From positions 27,507 to 91,506 of the forward strand of contig DATJTI010000031.1 of the NCBI GenBank assembly GCA_035503615.1: DNA of 64,000 nt, given 5' to 3'. The notes below the pieces were generated by a model that ran no database searches, had not been told where the DNA came from, and saw nothing but the letters and a program-made list of their open reading frames with translations. The position numbers and the translations under genes are program-made. Source of the DNA: Stellaceae bacterium (GTDB lineage Bacteria; Pseudomonadota; Alphaproteobacteria; ATCC43930; CGMCC-115725). The first letter of the stretch is position 1; every line of letters begins with the position of its first letter. Positions 1 to 11,049 of this stretch are shown piece by piece.

Positions 1-87
1 GCCGCCCATTTCGGTGATGATGTTGTTCAGCCGGTGCAACTCCTCGTCATAGCTCTTGACAACATGCTCGGACGACATCGGCGACAT
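1..87 (-). CDS. phoU: PhoU phosphate-signalling regulator, N-terminal fragment (gene continues past the left edge)
   Basis: Reverse-strand ATG at 87 (second in-frame ATG at 78) reads MSPMSSEHVVKSYDEELHRLNNIITEMGG, a typical PhoU N-terminus. A GGGAG Shine-Dalgarno lies in the 11 nt after the pstB stop. The gene sits directly after pstSCAB. Confidence 0.8.
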   Translation of the reverse strand, partial: MSPMSSEHVVKSYDEELHRLNNIITEMGG

Positions 88-98
88 GCTCCCGTGGC

Positions 99-923
99 TC
101 AGCCGAAGCGGCCGGTGATGTAGTCTTCGGTCCGCCGCTCCTTCGGATGGGTGAAGATGCGCTCGGTCTCGTCGAACTCGACAAGCTCGCCCAGATACAT
201 GAACGCGGTATAGTCGGAGCTGCGCGCCGCCTGCTGCATGTTGTGGGTGACGATGGCGATGCAGTAATCGGGTTTCAGCTCGGCGATCAGCTCTTCGATG
301 CGCTGGGTCGAGATCGGATCGAGCGCCGAAGCCGGCTCGTCGAGCAGCAAGATCTCGGGCCGGACCGCGATCGCGCGGGCAATGCACAGCCGCTGTTGCT
401 GACCGCCGGACAGACTGAGCCCGGACTGCTTCAGCTTGTCCTTGACCTCGTCCCACAGGGCGGCGCGGCGCAGCGCCTGCTCGACCCGGTCGTCGAGCTC
501 GGTCCGCGGCAGCTTTTCATAAAGGCGGATGCCAAAAGCGATGTTGTCGCGGATCGACATCGGAAACGGCGTCGGCTTCTGAAACACCATGCCGATCTTG
601 GCGCGCAGCAGATTGAGGTCGATTCCCGCGGCCAGGATGTTCTCGCCATCGACCAGCACCTCGCCGGTCGCACGCTGGCCGGGGTAAAGCTCGTAGATCC
701 GATTGAGGATTCGCAGCAAGGTCGACTTGCCGCAGCCGGAGGGGCCGATAAACGCGGTCACGCGGCGGTCATTCAGCGACAGGTTAATATTCCTCAGCGC
801 CCGCATAGCACCATAATAGAAGCTGACATCGCGGAGCTGCACCTTCGGGTGGGCAGCGGCCGCGACGGCCGGGTCCGGGGCAACGGGCGATGTCCGCATC
901 GCGACAGCGGAGGCCGAGCTCAT
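99..923 (-). CDS. pstB: Phosphate ABC transporter ATP-binding protein PstB
   Basis: Walker [10 protein letters not shown], signature LSGGQQQRL, Walker [12 protein letters not shown] and the PstB-type C-terminus EDYITGRFG are present. The ORF is open to 1028, but ATG 923 (MSSASAV...) gives a normal-length protein, so the start is uncertain. Confidence 0.93.
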   Translation of the reverse strand: MSSASAVAMRTSPVAPDPAVAAAAHPKVQLRDVSFYYGAMRALRNINLSLNDRRVTAFIGPSGCGKSTLLRILNRIYELYPGQRATGEVLVDGENILAAGIDLNLLRAKIGMVFQKPTPFPMSIRDNIAFGIRLYEKLPRTELDDRVEQALRRAALWDEVKDKLKQSGLSLSGGQQQRLCIARAIAVRPEILLLDEPASALDPISTQRIEELIAELKPDYCIAIVTHNMQQAARSSDYTAFMYLGELVEFDETERIFTHPKERRTEDYITGRFG

Positions 924-1090
924 GGCTTGTCTCTGCTCCAGCAAGAAGCGAGGTCCGGATTTGGTATTGGCGCGCTCAATTCCATGCTCCAGCCCAGAGG
1001 GGTCGATCGCCCGATCCGCGGGAGACATTACGACGCTGTGATCACAGTTTTATGACGCCCGCGGCAGCTCGCGGTGCCGCCATCCTCGGT

Positions 1091-2029
1091 TCAACCACGC
1101 TGGCGATCGAACACGAAGCGCGAGACGACGTGAACCAGCAGCACAAAGCTCGTCACCAGAAACGCGGCGGCATAGGCGAGCGCGTGCGCCGAGGCGAAGG
1201 GCTCGTTGATAAAGGTCCAGATTGCATAGGTCAGATAGCCGATCGGGGAATGGGTCAGCCGGCCGTTCCACAGATAGTCCGACCAGCCGGCGGTGTAGAG
1301 CAATGGTGCGGTCTCGCCGACCGAGATCGCCAGCGCCAGCAGAATGCCGGTCAGAATCGACGGCAGCGCCGCCGGCAGGCAGACCCGCAGAATCACCCGC
1401 CGGTCATCGGCGCCGAGGGCAAAGGTCGCCTCGCGCAGATCAGCCGAGATCTGCTGCAGCGCGAACTCGGTCGTGCGGCAGATATAGGGCAGGCAGATGA
1501 CCGCGACCGTGATCGAACCGGCAGCGATGCAGAAATTCCAGCCGAGCCCCTCGACCATCGTTACATAGCCGAAATAGCCGAGCACGATCGACGGCACACC
1601 GACCAGGATGTCGGCGAGAAAACCGATGATCGGCGCCCAATAGCCGTGACGGTACTCCGAGATGTAGATGCCGGAAGCCAGGCCCAGCGGCACCGCGATC
1701 AGCAGCGCGCCGACCGAAAGCAGCGCGGTTCCCTCGATGGCGTTGAGCAGACCGCCGCCATTCCCCTGGGTCACGGTCACGAACAGGGACGGCGTCAGCG
1801 CGTTGAGACCGCCGATCAGCACCATTGTCAAGATCCACAGCATCGCCGCCGACAGCAGCAACAGCGCAAGGCCGGTCGAGACCCAGCCGGCGATGCTGTA
1901 TAGCCAGCGCCGCGGGCGCACCCGCGCCGCACCGGCAAAGGCGAGGCGCGGCAGAGCGATCCGGTTGGAAGGCATCACCTCATGCCATTTGCTAGACGAC
2001 ACCGGCAACGCGCGAGCTGCGGTCTTCAA
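1091..2029 (-). CDS. pstA: Phosphate ABC transporter permease PstA
   Basis: Polytopic ORF between pstC and pstB with the permease loop REATFALGADDRRVILRVCLPAALP...GETAPLL. An alternative in-frame ATG at 1975 would remove the 38-nt overlap with pstC. Confidence 0.88.
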   Translation of the reverse strand: MKTAARALPVSSSKWHEVMPSNRIALPRLAFAGAARVRPRRWLYSIAGWVSTGLALLLLSAAMLWILTMVLIGGLNALTPSLFVTVTQGNGGGLLNAIEGTALLSVGALLIAVPLGLASGIYISEYRHGYWAPIIGFLADILVGVPSIVLGYFGYVTMVEGLGWNFCIAAGSITVAVICLPYICRTTEFALQQISADLREATFALGADDRRVILRVCLPAALPSILTGILLALAISVGETAPLLYTAGWSDYLWNGRLTHSPIGYLTYAIWTFINEPFASAHALAYAAAFLVTSFVLLVHVVSRFVFDRQRG

Positions 2030-2960
2030 ATGCCAGCAGCAGGCGGGCGAGTGCGTTGATCAACAGCGAGATGAACGACAATACCAGCGCGATTTCGGCC
2101 AATGAACGCACCGCCATGCCGGTCGGGTCCTGCAATGCGCTGTCGAGCTGCGAGACGATGAAGGCGGCCATCGTCGAGATCGGCGCGTAGATGTTCTGCG
2201 GCAGGTAGTTGAGGGCGTTGCCGCTGACCATCAAGACCGCCATCGTTTCGCCCAAGGCGCGCCCGAGCGCCAGGATCGAGGCGCCGACCAGCACCTTCGA
2301 AAGGCTCGGCAGCATGACTTTGGCGACGACCTCGAAGCGGGTCGTGCCGAGCGCGGTGGCGGCCTCGCGGACCGCCGCGGGCTGGTTGACCAGTGCGTCG
2401 CGCAGGGTGGCGACAATCAGCGGCACGATCATCAGCGACAGCACCACGCCCGAGGTCAACAGGCCATAACCGCTGCCCGATGGTCCGGCAAAAATCGGAA
2501 TGAACCCGAGGGTGCGCGCCAGCAGCGGAAACAGGTGATGACCGAGAAACGGGATCACCACGACATAGCCCCACAACCCGAACACGACGCTCGGGATCGC
2601 CGCCAGCAGCTCGACAAAAAACGAGAGCCAGAGGCGCAGCCGGCCGGGCACCGCCTCGGCCAGGAAAATCGCCGCGCCGACGCCGACCGGCACCGCGATC
2701 ACGAGCGCGATCAGCGTCGACAGCAGGGTTCCGACGACCAGAAACAGGATGCCGTAATGCGCGCCCGGCTGGATCGCCATGCCCGCGACGGTGACCGGGT
2801 TGGCATAGAGATTGCCGAGGTTCCAGGTGTCGCTGACGACAAAGTCAAAGCCGTTGAAGCGGATCGCCGGCCAAGCATAGATCGCAAGGAAGGCGACCAC
2901 CAGCACCAGGCTCGCCGGCAGCGCGCCGGCGACGATTGCGAGCCAGGTCTTGAACCGCAC
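1992..2960 (-). CDS. pstC: Phosphate ABC transporter permease PstC
   Basis: 322-aa polytopic ORF with a GTG start and the permease loop REAATALGTTRFEVVAKVMLP...LGETMAV. It lies between pstS and pstA. Confidence 0.9.
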   Translation of the reverse strand: MRFKTWLAIVAGALPASLVLVVAFLAIYAWPAIRFNGFDFVVSDTWNLGNLYANPVTVAGMAIQPGAHYGILFLVVGTLLSTLIALVIAVPVGVGAAIFLAEAVPGRLRLWLSFFVELLAAIPSVVFGLWGYVVVIPFLGHHLFPLLARTLGFIPIFAGPSGSGYGLLTSGVVLSLMIVPLIVATLRDALVNQPAAVREAATALGTTRFEVVAKVMLPSLSKVLVGASILALGRALGETMAVLMVSGNALNYLPQNIYAPISTMAAFIVSQLDSALQDPTGMAVRSLAEIALVLSFISLLINALARLLLAFEDRSSRVAGVV

Positions 2961-3011
2961 CGGCCTACCCCGCCGCTCGCCGGCGCCGGCCCGCCAGCAG
3001 CCGGCCCGCCA

Positions 3012-4124
3012 TCAATGGATCATCTGCAGCTGCGCCTTGCTCAGCGCCGCGATCTCCGGCGGCAGGGCGACAAAATTGACCGCCGTCATGTAGTGCGGCG
3101 CGTTGCCGCCATCGCGGCTGATCGCCCATTCGAGAAACCCTTTGACGGCCGCCGCGATTTCGGGGCTCGGCTGCTGCGCTTTGACGATTGCGTATTCATA
3201 GTTGATGATCGGGTAGGATTCGTCGCCAGGCGCGAAGATCAGGCTGAGGCGCTCGTCCTTCGGCGTCTTGGCGGCAGTCGCGTGCACCGCCGCCTCGACC
3301 GTCTGGTCGCTCGCCAACACGAATTTGCCCGCGCGATTTTTCAGCATCGCCTCGCCCAGCCCCGCCGCCTCGATCGCCTTTTTGAAGCTGATGCCGATAT
3401 AGGCGATCGAATAGGGGTTACCCTTCGCCGCATTGACCATCCCGGGATTGCCCTCGGCGCCGATCCCGCCCTGTACCGGTGGCCAGCTGATCGTCGTGCC
3501 GTAACCGGGATTTTGCATCCAGTGGGGGTCGCTGAACGACAAATATTGCGAGAAGATGAACGTGTCGCCGCTGCCGTCGGTGCGGTGCACCGGGATGATC
3601 GCCTGATGCGGCAAGGCCACCCCCGGATTCATCTCTTTCAGCATCGGATCATCCCAGAACTTGATCTTACCGCTGTAGATGCCGGCCAGCGCCGGACCGC
3701 TGAGCTTCAGATGCGTCTGGTTGAGACCCGGCAGGTTGTAGTTGATGATCTGCGAGGAGATCGCCAATGGAACATTCAGAACGCCTGGGGTCTTTTTCAG
3801 CTGCGCTGGGCTCATATAGGCGTCCGAGGCGCCGATTTGAGCGATGCCGGACGCCGCTTCCGAAATGCCGGTGCCGCTGCCGGTGCCCTGGGTCGTGATC
3901 TGCATTCCCGGGTGTGCCTTGACGTAATCCGGGACCCAAAGATTGAACAGCGGATAGAGCAGCGTCGAGCCGGTCTCCAGCAGATGGACCGACTGGGCGA
4001 GCGCAGCCCCGCCCGACAGGATCATCGCACACGCCACTGCCGCGAGGATACGCGGGGCAAAGCGGCGGCCGGCCGGCCGCAAGCTTGGTGGCGTGCTGCA
4101 ATGCCGCCCCCGAAAATTGCTCAA
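3012..4124 (-). CDS. pstS: Periplasmic phosphate-binding protein PstS
   Basis: TTG start preceded by a G-rich SD. The N-terminal signal is RRFAPRILAAVACAMILSGGAALAQ. PstS-like GTGSGTGISEAASGIAQIGASDAYM is present. This is the first gene of pstSCAB and lies downstream of the Pho boxes. Confidence 0.9.
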   Translation of the reverse strand: MSNFRGRHCSTPPSLRPAGRRFAPRILAAVACAMILSGGAALAQSVHLLETGSTLLYPLFNLWVPDYVKAHPGMQITTQGTGSGTGISEAASGIAQIGASDAYMSPAQLKKTPGVLNVPLAISSQIINYNLPGLNQTHLKLSGPALAGIYSGKIKFWDDPMLKEMNPGVALPHQAIIPVHRTDGSGDTFIFSQYLSFSDPHWMQNPGYGTTISWPPVQGGIGAEGNPGMVNAAKGNPYSIAYIGISFKKAIEAAGLGEAMLKNRAGKFVLASDQTVEAAVHATAAKTPKDERLSLIFAPGDESYPIINYEYAIVKAQQPSPEIAAAVKGFLEWAISRDGGNAPHYMTAVNFVALPPEIAALSKAQLQMIH

Positions 4125-4199
4125 AGGACCCCCCTTTTTCGGCGCGATGGGATTGGACCCCGGCAGGGTCGCGACGGCGCAGGCATATAAGCAGGCGGG

Positions 4200-4239
4200 A
4201 TGACGGGCGCGTTACAATCTTGTGGCACCTTGATGACAC
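4200..4239 (-). promoter_or_regulatory. Tandem Pho boxes (PhoB binding sites) of the pstS promoter
   Basis: On the minus strand the sequence reads GTGTCAT caag GTGCCAC aaga TTGTAAC gcgc CCGTCAT. These are four 7-nt direct repeats with 4-nt spacers at an exact 11-bp period (starts at 4239, 4228, 4217, 4206). A TTATAT -10-like hexamer (4190-4185) lies about 10 nt downstream, and the pstS start is 76 nt from the last repeat. Confidence 0.75.
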
Positions 4240-4267
4240 CGGTCGGCCGCGGGCAACCGGCCGAAAC

Positions 4268-5701
4268 TCAGCCCGGCCTGGCTTCTGGCGGTGCCGCCCC
4301 GTCGGGACGCAGCAGCACGGTGAACACCGAGCCCTCGCCGACGCGGCTGTCGATTTCGAGAAACCCGCGGTGGCGGTTGACGATGTGCTTGACGATCGCC
4401 AGCCCGAGCCCGGTGCCGCCCATCTCGCGCGAGCGCGCGGTGTCGACGCGATAGAAGCGCTCGGTCAGGCGTGACAGATGCTCGCGGGCGATGCCGGCGC
4501 CGTGATCGCGGATCGCGACCGCGACAAACCGGCTTGCCGCCGGGTCCGCTGCGGCGGGACGACGCGACATCACCGCCGCGGTGACCATGATCTCGGTGCC
4601 GGCATCGCCGTATTTGATCGCGTTGTCGAGCAGGTTCTGGAACAGCTGGGTGAGTTCGTCACGATCGCCCATCACCGCGGCAAGATCGGCGGGCAGGTCG
4701 AGCCGGATGCGCATGCCGCGTTCTCCGGCGTGCAATTCGAGCGCTTCGGCGAGCTGCGACAGCAGCGGTGCCAGGGCAACCCGACCCGCAGGTGCGACAT
4801 GCTCGTTGAGCTCGATGCGCGACAGCGACAGCAGATCCTCGACGAGGCGGGTCATGCGCGCCGCCTGTTCGCCCATGATCGCCAGAAAGCGCTCGCCGGC
4901 CGCCGGATCGTCGCGCGCCGGGCCCCGCAGCGTCTCGATAAACCCGCTCAACGTGGCCAGCGGCGTGCGCAGTTCGTGGCTGGCATTGGCGACGAAGTCG
5001 GCGCGCATCTGCTCAGCGCGCTTCAGCTCGGTAACGTCGTGCAACGTCAGCAATGCGACCGCACCCTCGGGCGAGGGCGTCGCGATGCGGGCGAAGCGGG
5101 CACGCAGCTGGCGTTCGAGCGGGATCGCCAGGGCGAATTCGACAACGCGCGCCGCCTCGCCGCGCAGCACCGCATCGGCCGCCGCCAGGACCGACGGATT
5201 GCGCAGCGCCGTCGCAAGGTCGCGCGGCGGCGTGAGCGCGCCGACAAAGCCGGCGGCCGCGGCGTTGGCGCCGACGATCCGCCGGTGCCGGTCGATCAGG
5301 ATCAGCGGGTCGGGCACGGCGGCGATGATCGCCTCGGCCGCGACCAGGCGCGCCTCGCTGCCCTGCAGCCGCTCCCGCCAGCTGCGTGCCAGCCGCAGAA
5401 CGCTAAGCCGGGTCTCGTCCGCCGATCGGCGCGGGTCGAGCCCGAGCCAGCGGCGCGGCAGCACGCCTTCGGCAGCCTCGGTCGCGATCTGGTCGACGGT
5501 TTCGTGCACCGCCGCGGCCGCGAGGACGAAGCGGCCGATCACCACCGCGGTCAGGACCAGGATCGCGAGGCCGCCGGCGAGTGCGGTTTGCGCCGCCAGC
5601 GCGCGACCCATGGCCAGGATCGCGAGCACGATCAGCCCGGGTGCGGCGGCCGGCAGAGTCAGCGCCAGCACCTGGCAGACGCTCCCGGCCCGGCGCATCA
5701 T
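4268..5701 (-). CDS. phoR: Phosphate regulon sensor histidine kinase PhoR
   Basis: N-terminal TM segments and a PAS-like region are present, with the H-box FVANASHELRTPLATLSGF, N-box LLDNAIKYG and G-box GGTGLGLAIVKHIV. The gene is adjacent to pst. Confidence 0.9.
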   Translation of the reverse strand: MMRRAGSVCQVLALTLPAAAPGLIVLAILAMGRALAAQTALAGGLAILVLTAVVIGRFVLAAAAVHETVDQIATEAAEGVLPRRWLGLDPRRSADETRLSVLRLARSWRERLQGSEARLVAAEAIIAAVPDPLILIDRHRRIVGANAAAAGFVGALTPPRDLATALRNPSVLAAADAVLRGEAARVVEFALAIPLERQLRARFARIATPSPEGAVALLTLHDVTELKRAEQMRADFVANASHELRTPLATLSGFIETLRGPARDDPAAGERFLAIMGEQAARMTRLVEDLLSLSRIELNEHVAPAGRVALAPLLSQLAEALELHAGERGMRIRLDLPADLAAVMGDRDELTQLFQNLLDNAIKYGDAGTEIMVTAAVMSRRPAAADPAASRFVAVAIRDHGAGIAREHLSRLTERFYRVDTARSREMGGTGLGLAIVKHIVNRHRGFLEIDSRVGEGSVFTVLLRPDGAAPPEARPG

Positions 5702-5731
5702 GCTGCCGCGACCGAAGGAGTCGCCTCGCGC

Positions 5732-7999
<2,268 letters not shown>

Positions 8000-8331
8000 G
8001 CTGATCGACGCTCCTCATCGGCTCGGGCCGAAATCGGGCACGGGCCCGTTTCTTGTTGGCGACCACCAATTTAGGCGGCGCAACCATCAGCGTCAAAGCA
8101 CAGCGCGATGACGAACCCCGTTTACGGTCCCGACGATGCCGCCGGGGGCGGCTGATCGAGGCGCTTGAAATCGCCGCTTCGATCGCGGTTACTGCTGCGC
8201 GTGACCGGTTTGATCATGCCTCGCCCATTCGCGCGACGGCGGGGGCGGTGGCGAATCCCCGCCCGCGGCGAGATGCTGCGCAACACCGCGTCTGCAGGCC
8301 GGGCGGCGCCCCCGGCGCCAACCCTCGGCCG

Positions 8332-9183
8332 ATGATCACCGAGTTTGGCGAGGAGCGGCAGCGCCGCCTGATCCTCGATTATTTTGGCAGCGACGCGCGG
8401 ATCCGGTTGCTGCGCCGCACTCCGACCTTCGGATCGCCGGTCTTCGTCGTCGATTTCGACCGCGGCCCGCGCCATCTGCGCACCCTCGGCTCGTTTGGCA
8501 GCAGCATCCAGGTGACCGAGCAGTCCTGCATGGACCTGATGTACCCGGCGCGCCTCGTGTTTCACTATGAGCGGCTGATGTCGCTGGCGCTGGCGATGAG
8601 CCGGCAGGCGATCAACGTGCTGCTGCTCGGTGTCGGCGGGGCGGCGATGTGGCGTTTTCTGCGCGCTTATGCGCCGGATTGTGCGGCGACCCTGATCGAT
8701 GCTGACGAGAGTGTGGCGGCAATCGCCCGCCGCTGGTTCTACCTGACCCAGAGCGTCACGATCGACCCGGCGCAGCAATACGTCGCCGCCACGATGCACC
8801 GTTTCGACGCGATTTTGGTCGACCTCTACAATTCGTCGGGGCCGGCCGAGATGAGCGAGCTGTTCTGGGGGCATTGCCTCGACGCGCTGAACCCGGGCGG
8901 CGTGCTCGCCAACAACTGGGCGGATTTCTCAGTCAATCCGGCGGTACGGCCGATGTCCGACGCGCTCGCGGCCGTCGCCCGTGCCCGGGGCTTCGAACCG
9001 GTCTATGTGACCCGGCGCGGGTTTCGCGACAACCTCGTGCAATATGTGCCGACCGAACCCGGCGTCACCGCGGAGGCGATGGCCGAGGTGCATGAACGCT
9101 TTGTGCGCGCGCACCACCCGCCCGACCGCGGCCGCGGCATCCTCGAAAACTGCATCATCACGACCCGCTTCCCGCTCGCCTGA
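8332..9183 (+). CDS. Spermidine synthase-like (PABS-fold) methyltransferase family protein
   Basis: Motifs VLLLGVGGAAM, IDADESVAAIARRWF and FDAILVDLYNSSGPAEMSELF...LNPGGVL are present. The ORF is open from 8053, but the upstream part is Arg-rich junk. ATG 8332 (MITEFGEE) was chosen. Confidence 0.65.
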   Translation: MITEFGEERQRRLILDYFGSDARIRLLRRTPTFGSPVFVVDFDRGPRHLRTLGSFGSSIQVTEQSCMDLMYPARLVFHYERLMSLALAMSRQAINVLLLGVGGAAMWRFLRAYAPDCAATLIDADESVAAIARRWFYLTQSVTIDPAQQYVAATMHRFDAILVDLYNSSGPAEMSELFWGHCLDALNPGGVLANNWADFSVNPAVRPMSDALAAVARARGFEPVYVTRRGFRDNLVQYVPTEPGVTAEAMAEVHERFVRAHHPPDRGRGILENCIITTRFPLA

Positions 9184-9314
9184 CCCGCGCGGGCCCGGTG
9201 CCGCCGGTGATCGTGGCTCACGAATTCGTGAAGGCGCAGCCCGGCGAGATTGTGGCAAAATTAAGGGGAATTGGAAACCGCGCTGTACATTCGGGGAGGC
9301 GACACAACGGGTTA

Positions 9315-9399
9315 TCACGCACATTGGAATGTCACGCACCTTGGAAGGTCACGCACCTTGGAAGGTCACGCATATTGAAATGTCCGCACATTTCGGCCG
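9315..9399. repeat. 17-bp tandem repeat array (4 good copies plus 1 degenerate)
   Basis: The units are TCACGCACATTGGAATG / TCACGCACCTTGGAAGG / TCACGCACCTTGGAAGG / TCACGCATATTGAAATG / TCCGCACATTTCGGCCG, arranged head to tail. The array lies in the convergent spacer between the PABS-like gene and cytochrome b561. Confidence 0.85.
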
Positions 9400-9541
9400 C
9401 GGCGCAGGCGTCGCTTGCGCTGCGGTTGCAGCGACGCGGTTCGCCGGGACCGGCGAGGGGCCGGCCGGGTAGCTTGCCTGCAAGGTCTCGCCCTAGGGGT
9501 GGCGCGGCCGCAACATTCTCGTTGGCACTGGCGTCGGCGCC

Positions 9542-10153
9542 TCACATCGGTCGCGTTTTCGCCCGCAGGCGGCGGGGCGGCAGCATCCGGTCGAGCACCC
9601 CGTCGCGCCGGATCAGGGCGTGATGCAGCGCGCCGGTCACGTGCAGCGCGACGAGCAGGTAAACCAGGTATTGGCCGAGAAGATGCACCGCGATCGCGAA
9701 TTGCGACAGGCGCTCGTCGACCGGCAACAATGGCGGGATCGCGACGACGCCGAACAGGCTGACCGGATGTCCGGCGGCCGCGGCATTGACATAGCCGGCG
9801 AGCGGCATGATCAGAAAAATCGCCTCAAGCCCGGATTGGGTCAGGTGGGCGACGGCGCGCTGCAGGCGTCCGACCGTGGCCGGCAGGGGCGGGGCCCGGT
9901 GCCGCAGCCGCCACAAGATATGGAAGACCACCAATGCCAGGATGACGAGGCCGAGCGAGCGGTGCAGCAACAGCAGGTTGTCGCGCGCCGCGGTGTTGCG
10001 CGGCGCCGCCTCGCTGGCCCAGCCAAAGCTGACGACGATCACCGCCAGCGCCGCAAGCAGCCAATGGGTCGCCCGCGCGACCCGGTCATAGCCGCTGCCC
10101 GCGGCGAAAGCGGTGCTGCTCAACCTGCGGCACCTGCAGCCATGAGGTCGCAT
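9542..10153 (-). CDS. Cytochrome b561 family protein
   Basis: Four-TM ORF with conserved His positions: RATHWLLAALAV, LLLHRSLGLVILALVVFHILWRL and AVHLLGQYLVYLLVALHVTGALHH. The start is uncertain. Confidence 0.75.
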   Translation of the reverse strand: MRPHGCRCRRLSSTAFAAGSGYDRVARATHWLLAALAVIVVSFGWASEAAPRNTAARDNLLLLHRSLGLVILALVVFHILWRLRHRAPPLPATVGRLQRAVAHLTQSGLEAIFLIMPLAGYVNAAAAGHPVSLFGVVAIPPLLPVDERLSQFAIAVHLLGQYLVYLLVALHVTGALHHALIRRDGVLDRMLPPRRLRAKTRPM

Positions 10154-10286
10154 GCAATTGCGGTGCTGCTATCGCCGCCGCCCATCGCTCCGCCCGGTGC
10201 CGCCGACAGCGCCCTATAGCCGAGGGCGCGGCGTGACGCTATCAAGACCGGGCAAGATTCGGCGAATCGGGGGAGAAGAAACCGTA

Positions 10287-10811
10287 ATGGCGCAATCTGT
10301 CGGACGCGGCATGAGGTTGGCCCTGCCGCTGCTGGTGATATTGCCGGCTCTTTCGCTGCCGGCCGCGGCGCAGCAGGCGAGCACGGCGCAGCGCAACGCA
10401 ATCCGCCAGGCCTGTCCCACCGACTACCAGCGGCATTGCGCCGCGGTCCCGGCCGGCGGCAAGGCGTCGCTCGACTGCCTCGAACGCAATCTGGCGAGCC
10501 TGTCGCCGGCATGTCAGCAGGCGGTCAAGGCGGTCAGCGCCGGTGGTACGGCGCCGCACGCAACCGCAGCACCTGCGACGGGCTCGGCGGGAGCGGCACC
10601 CGCACCGTCCGCCGGTACTGCAGCACCGCCGCCGATGTCGCCGCGACAGCAACTGATGGTGGTGCGCCAATATTGCGGCAGCGACTATCGCGCCTTGTGC
10701 AGCGGCGTGCCGCTCGGCGGCGGCCGGGCGACCGCCTGTCTGCGGGCCAACGCGTCCGCTCTGTCACCAGGCTGCCGCAATGTGCTGAGCGCCGCCCGCA
10801 GCAGCCGATAG
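10287..10811 (+). CDS. Secreted protein with two cysteine-rich repeats
   Basis: ATG 10287 follows GGGGGAGAAG. The signal peptide is MRLALPLLVILPALSLPAAAQQ. Two copies of C-x2-DY-x3-C-x2-VP-x-GG-x5-CL-x9-P-x-C are joined by an Ala/Pro linker. Confidence 0.7.
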   Translation: MAQSVGRGMRLALPLLVILPALSLPAAAQQASTAQRNAIRQACPTDYQRHCAAVPAGGKASLDCLERNLASLSPACQQAVKAVSAGGTAPHATAAPATGSAGAAPAPSAGTAAPPPMSPRQQLMVVRQYCGSDYRALCSGVPLGGGRATACLRANASALSPGCRNVLSAARSSR

Positions 10812-10838
10812 TGCTGGCGGGGCCGATAGTGCTGGCGG
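10804..10838. repeat. 17/18-bp tandem duplication spanning a stop codon
   Basis: GCCGATAGTGCTGGCGG is followed directly by GGCCGATAGTGCTGGCGG. The first copy contains the TAG stop (10809-10811) of the Cys-rich protein gene. Confidence 0.8.
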
Positions 10839-11049
10839 AGGATACCGTCGCGGGGCCTTGCCCTGGGACCCGGAGCCGCCGATCTGCTGCGCGACGACCG
10901 CGACGGGTGGTGGTCTGCGGCTTGCCGGGCGGATGGTCGAGGATGGTCGGGGCCGCGGCGCGCGCCTAATCTTCGGAGCGACATCCCCGGGGCGACATCT
11001 TTGTGGCGACATCTCCGGGGCGGCCGGGCCAGGAGCGGGGGCGGGCGCG

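Noticed and set aside
9198-9623. A 141-aa plus-strand ORF spanning the 17-bp repeat array.
   Set aside because: A 17-bp period cannot maintain a reading frame. The translation is Arg-rich and overlaps the 3' end of the cytochrome b561 gene on the other strand.
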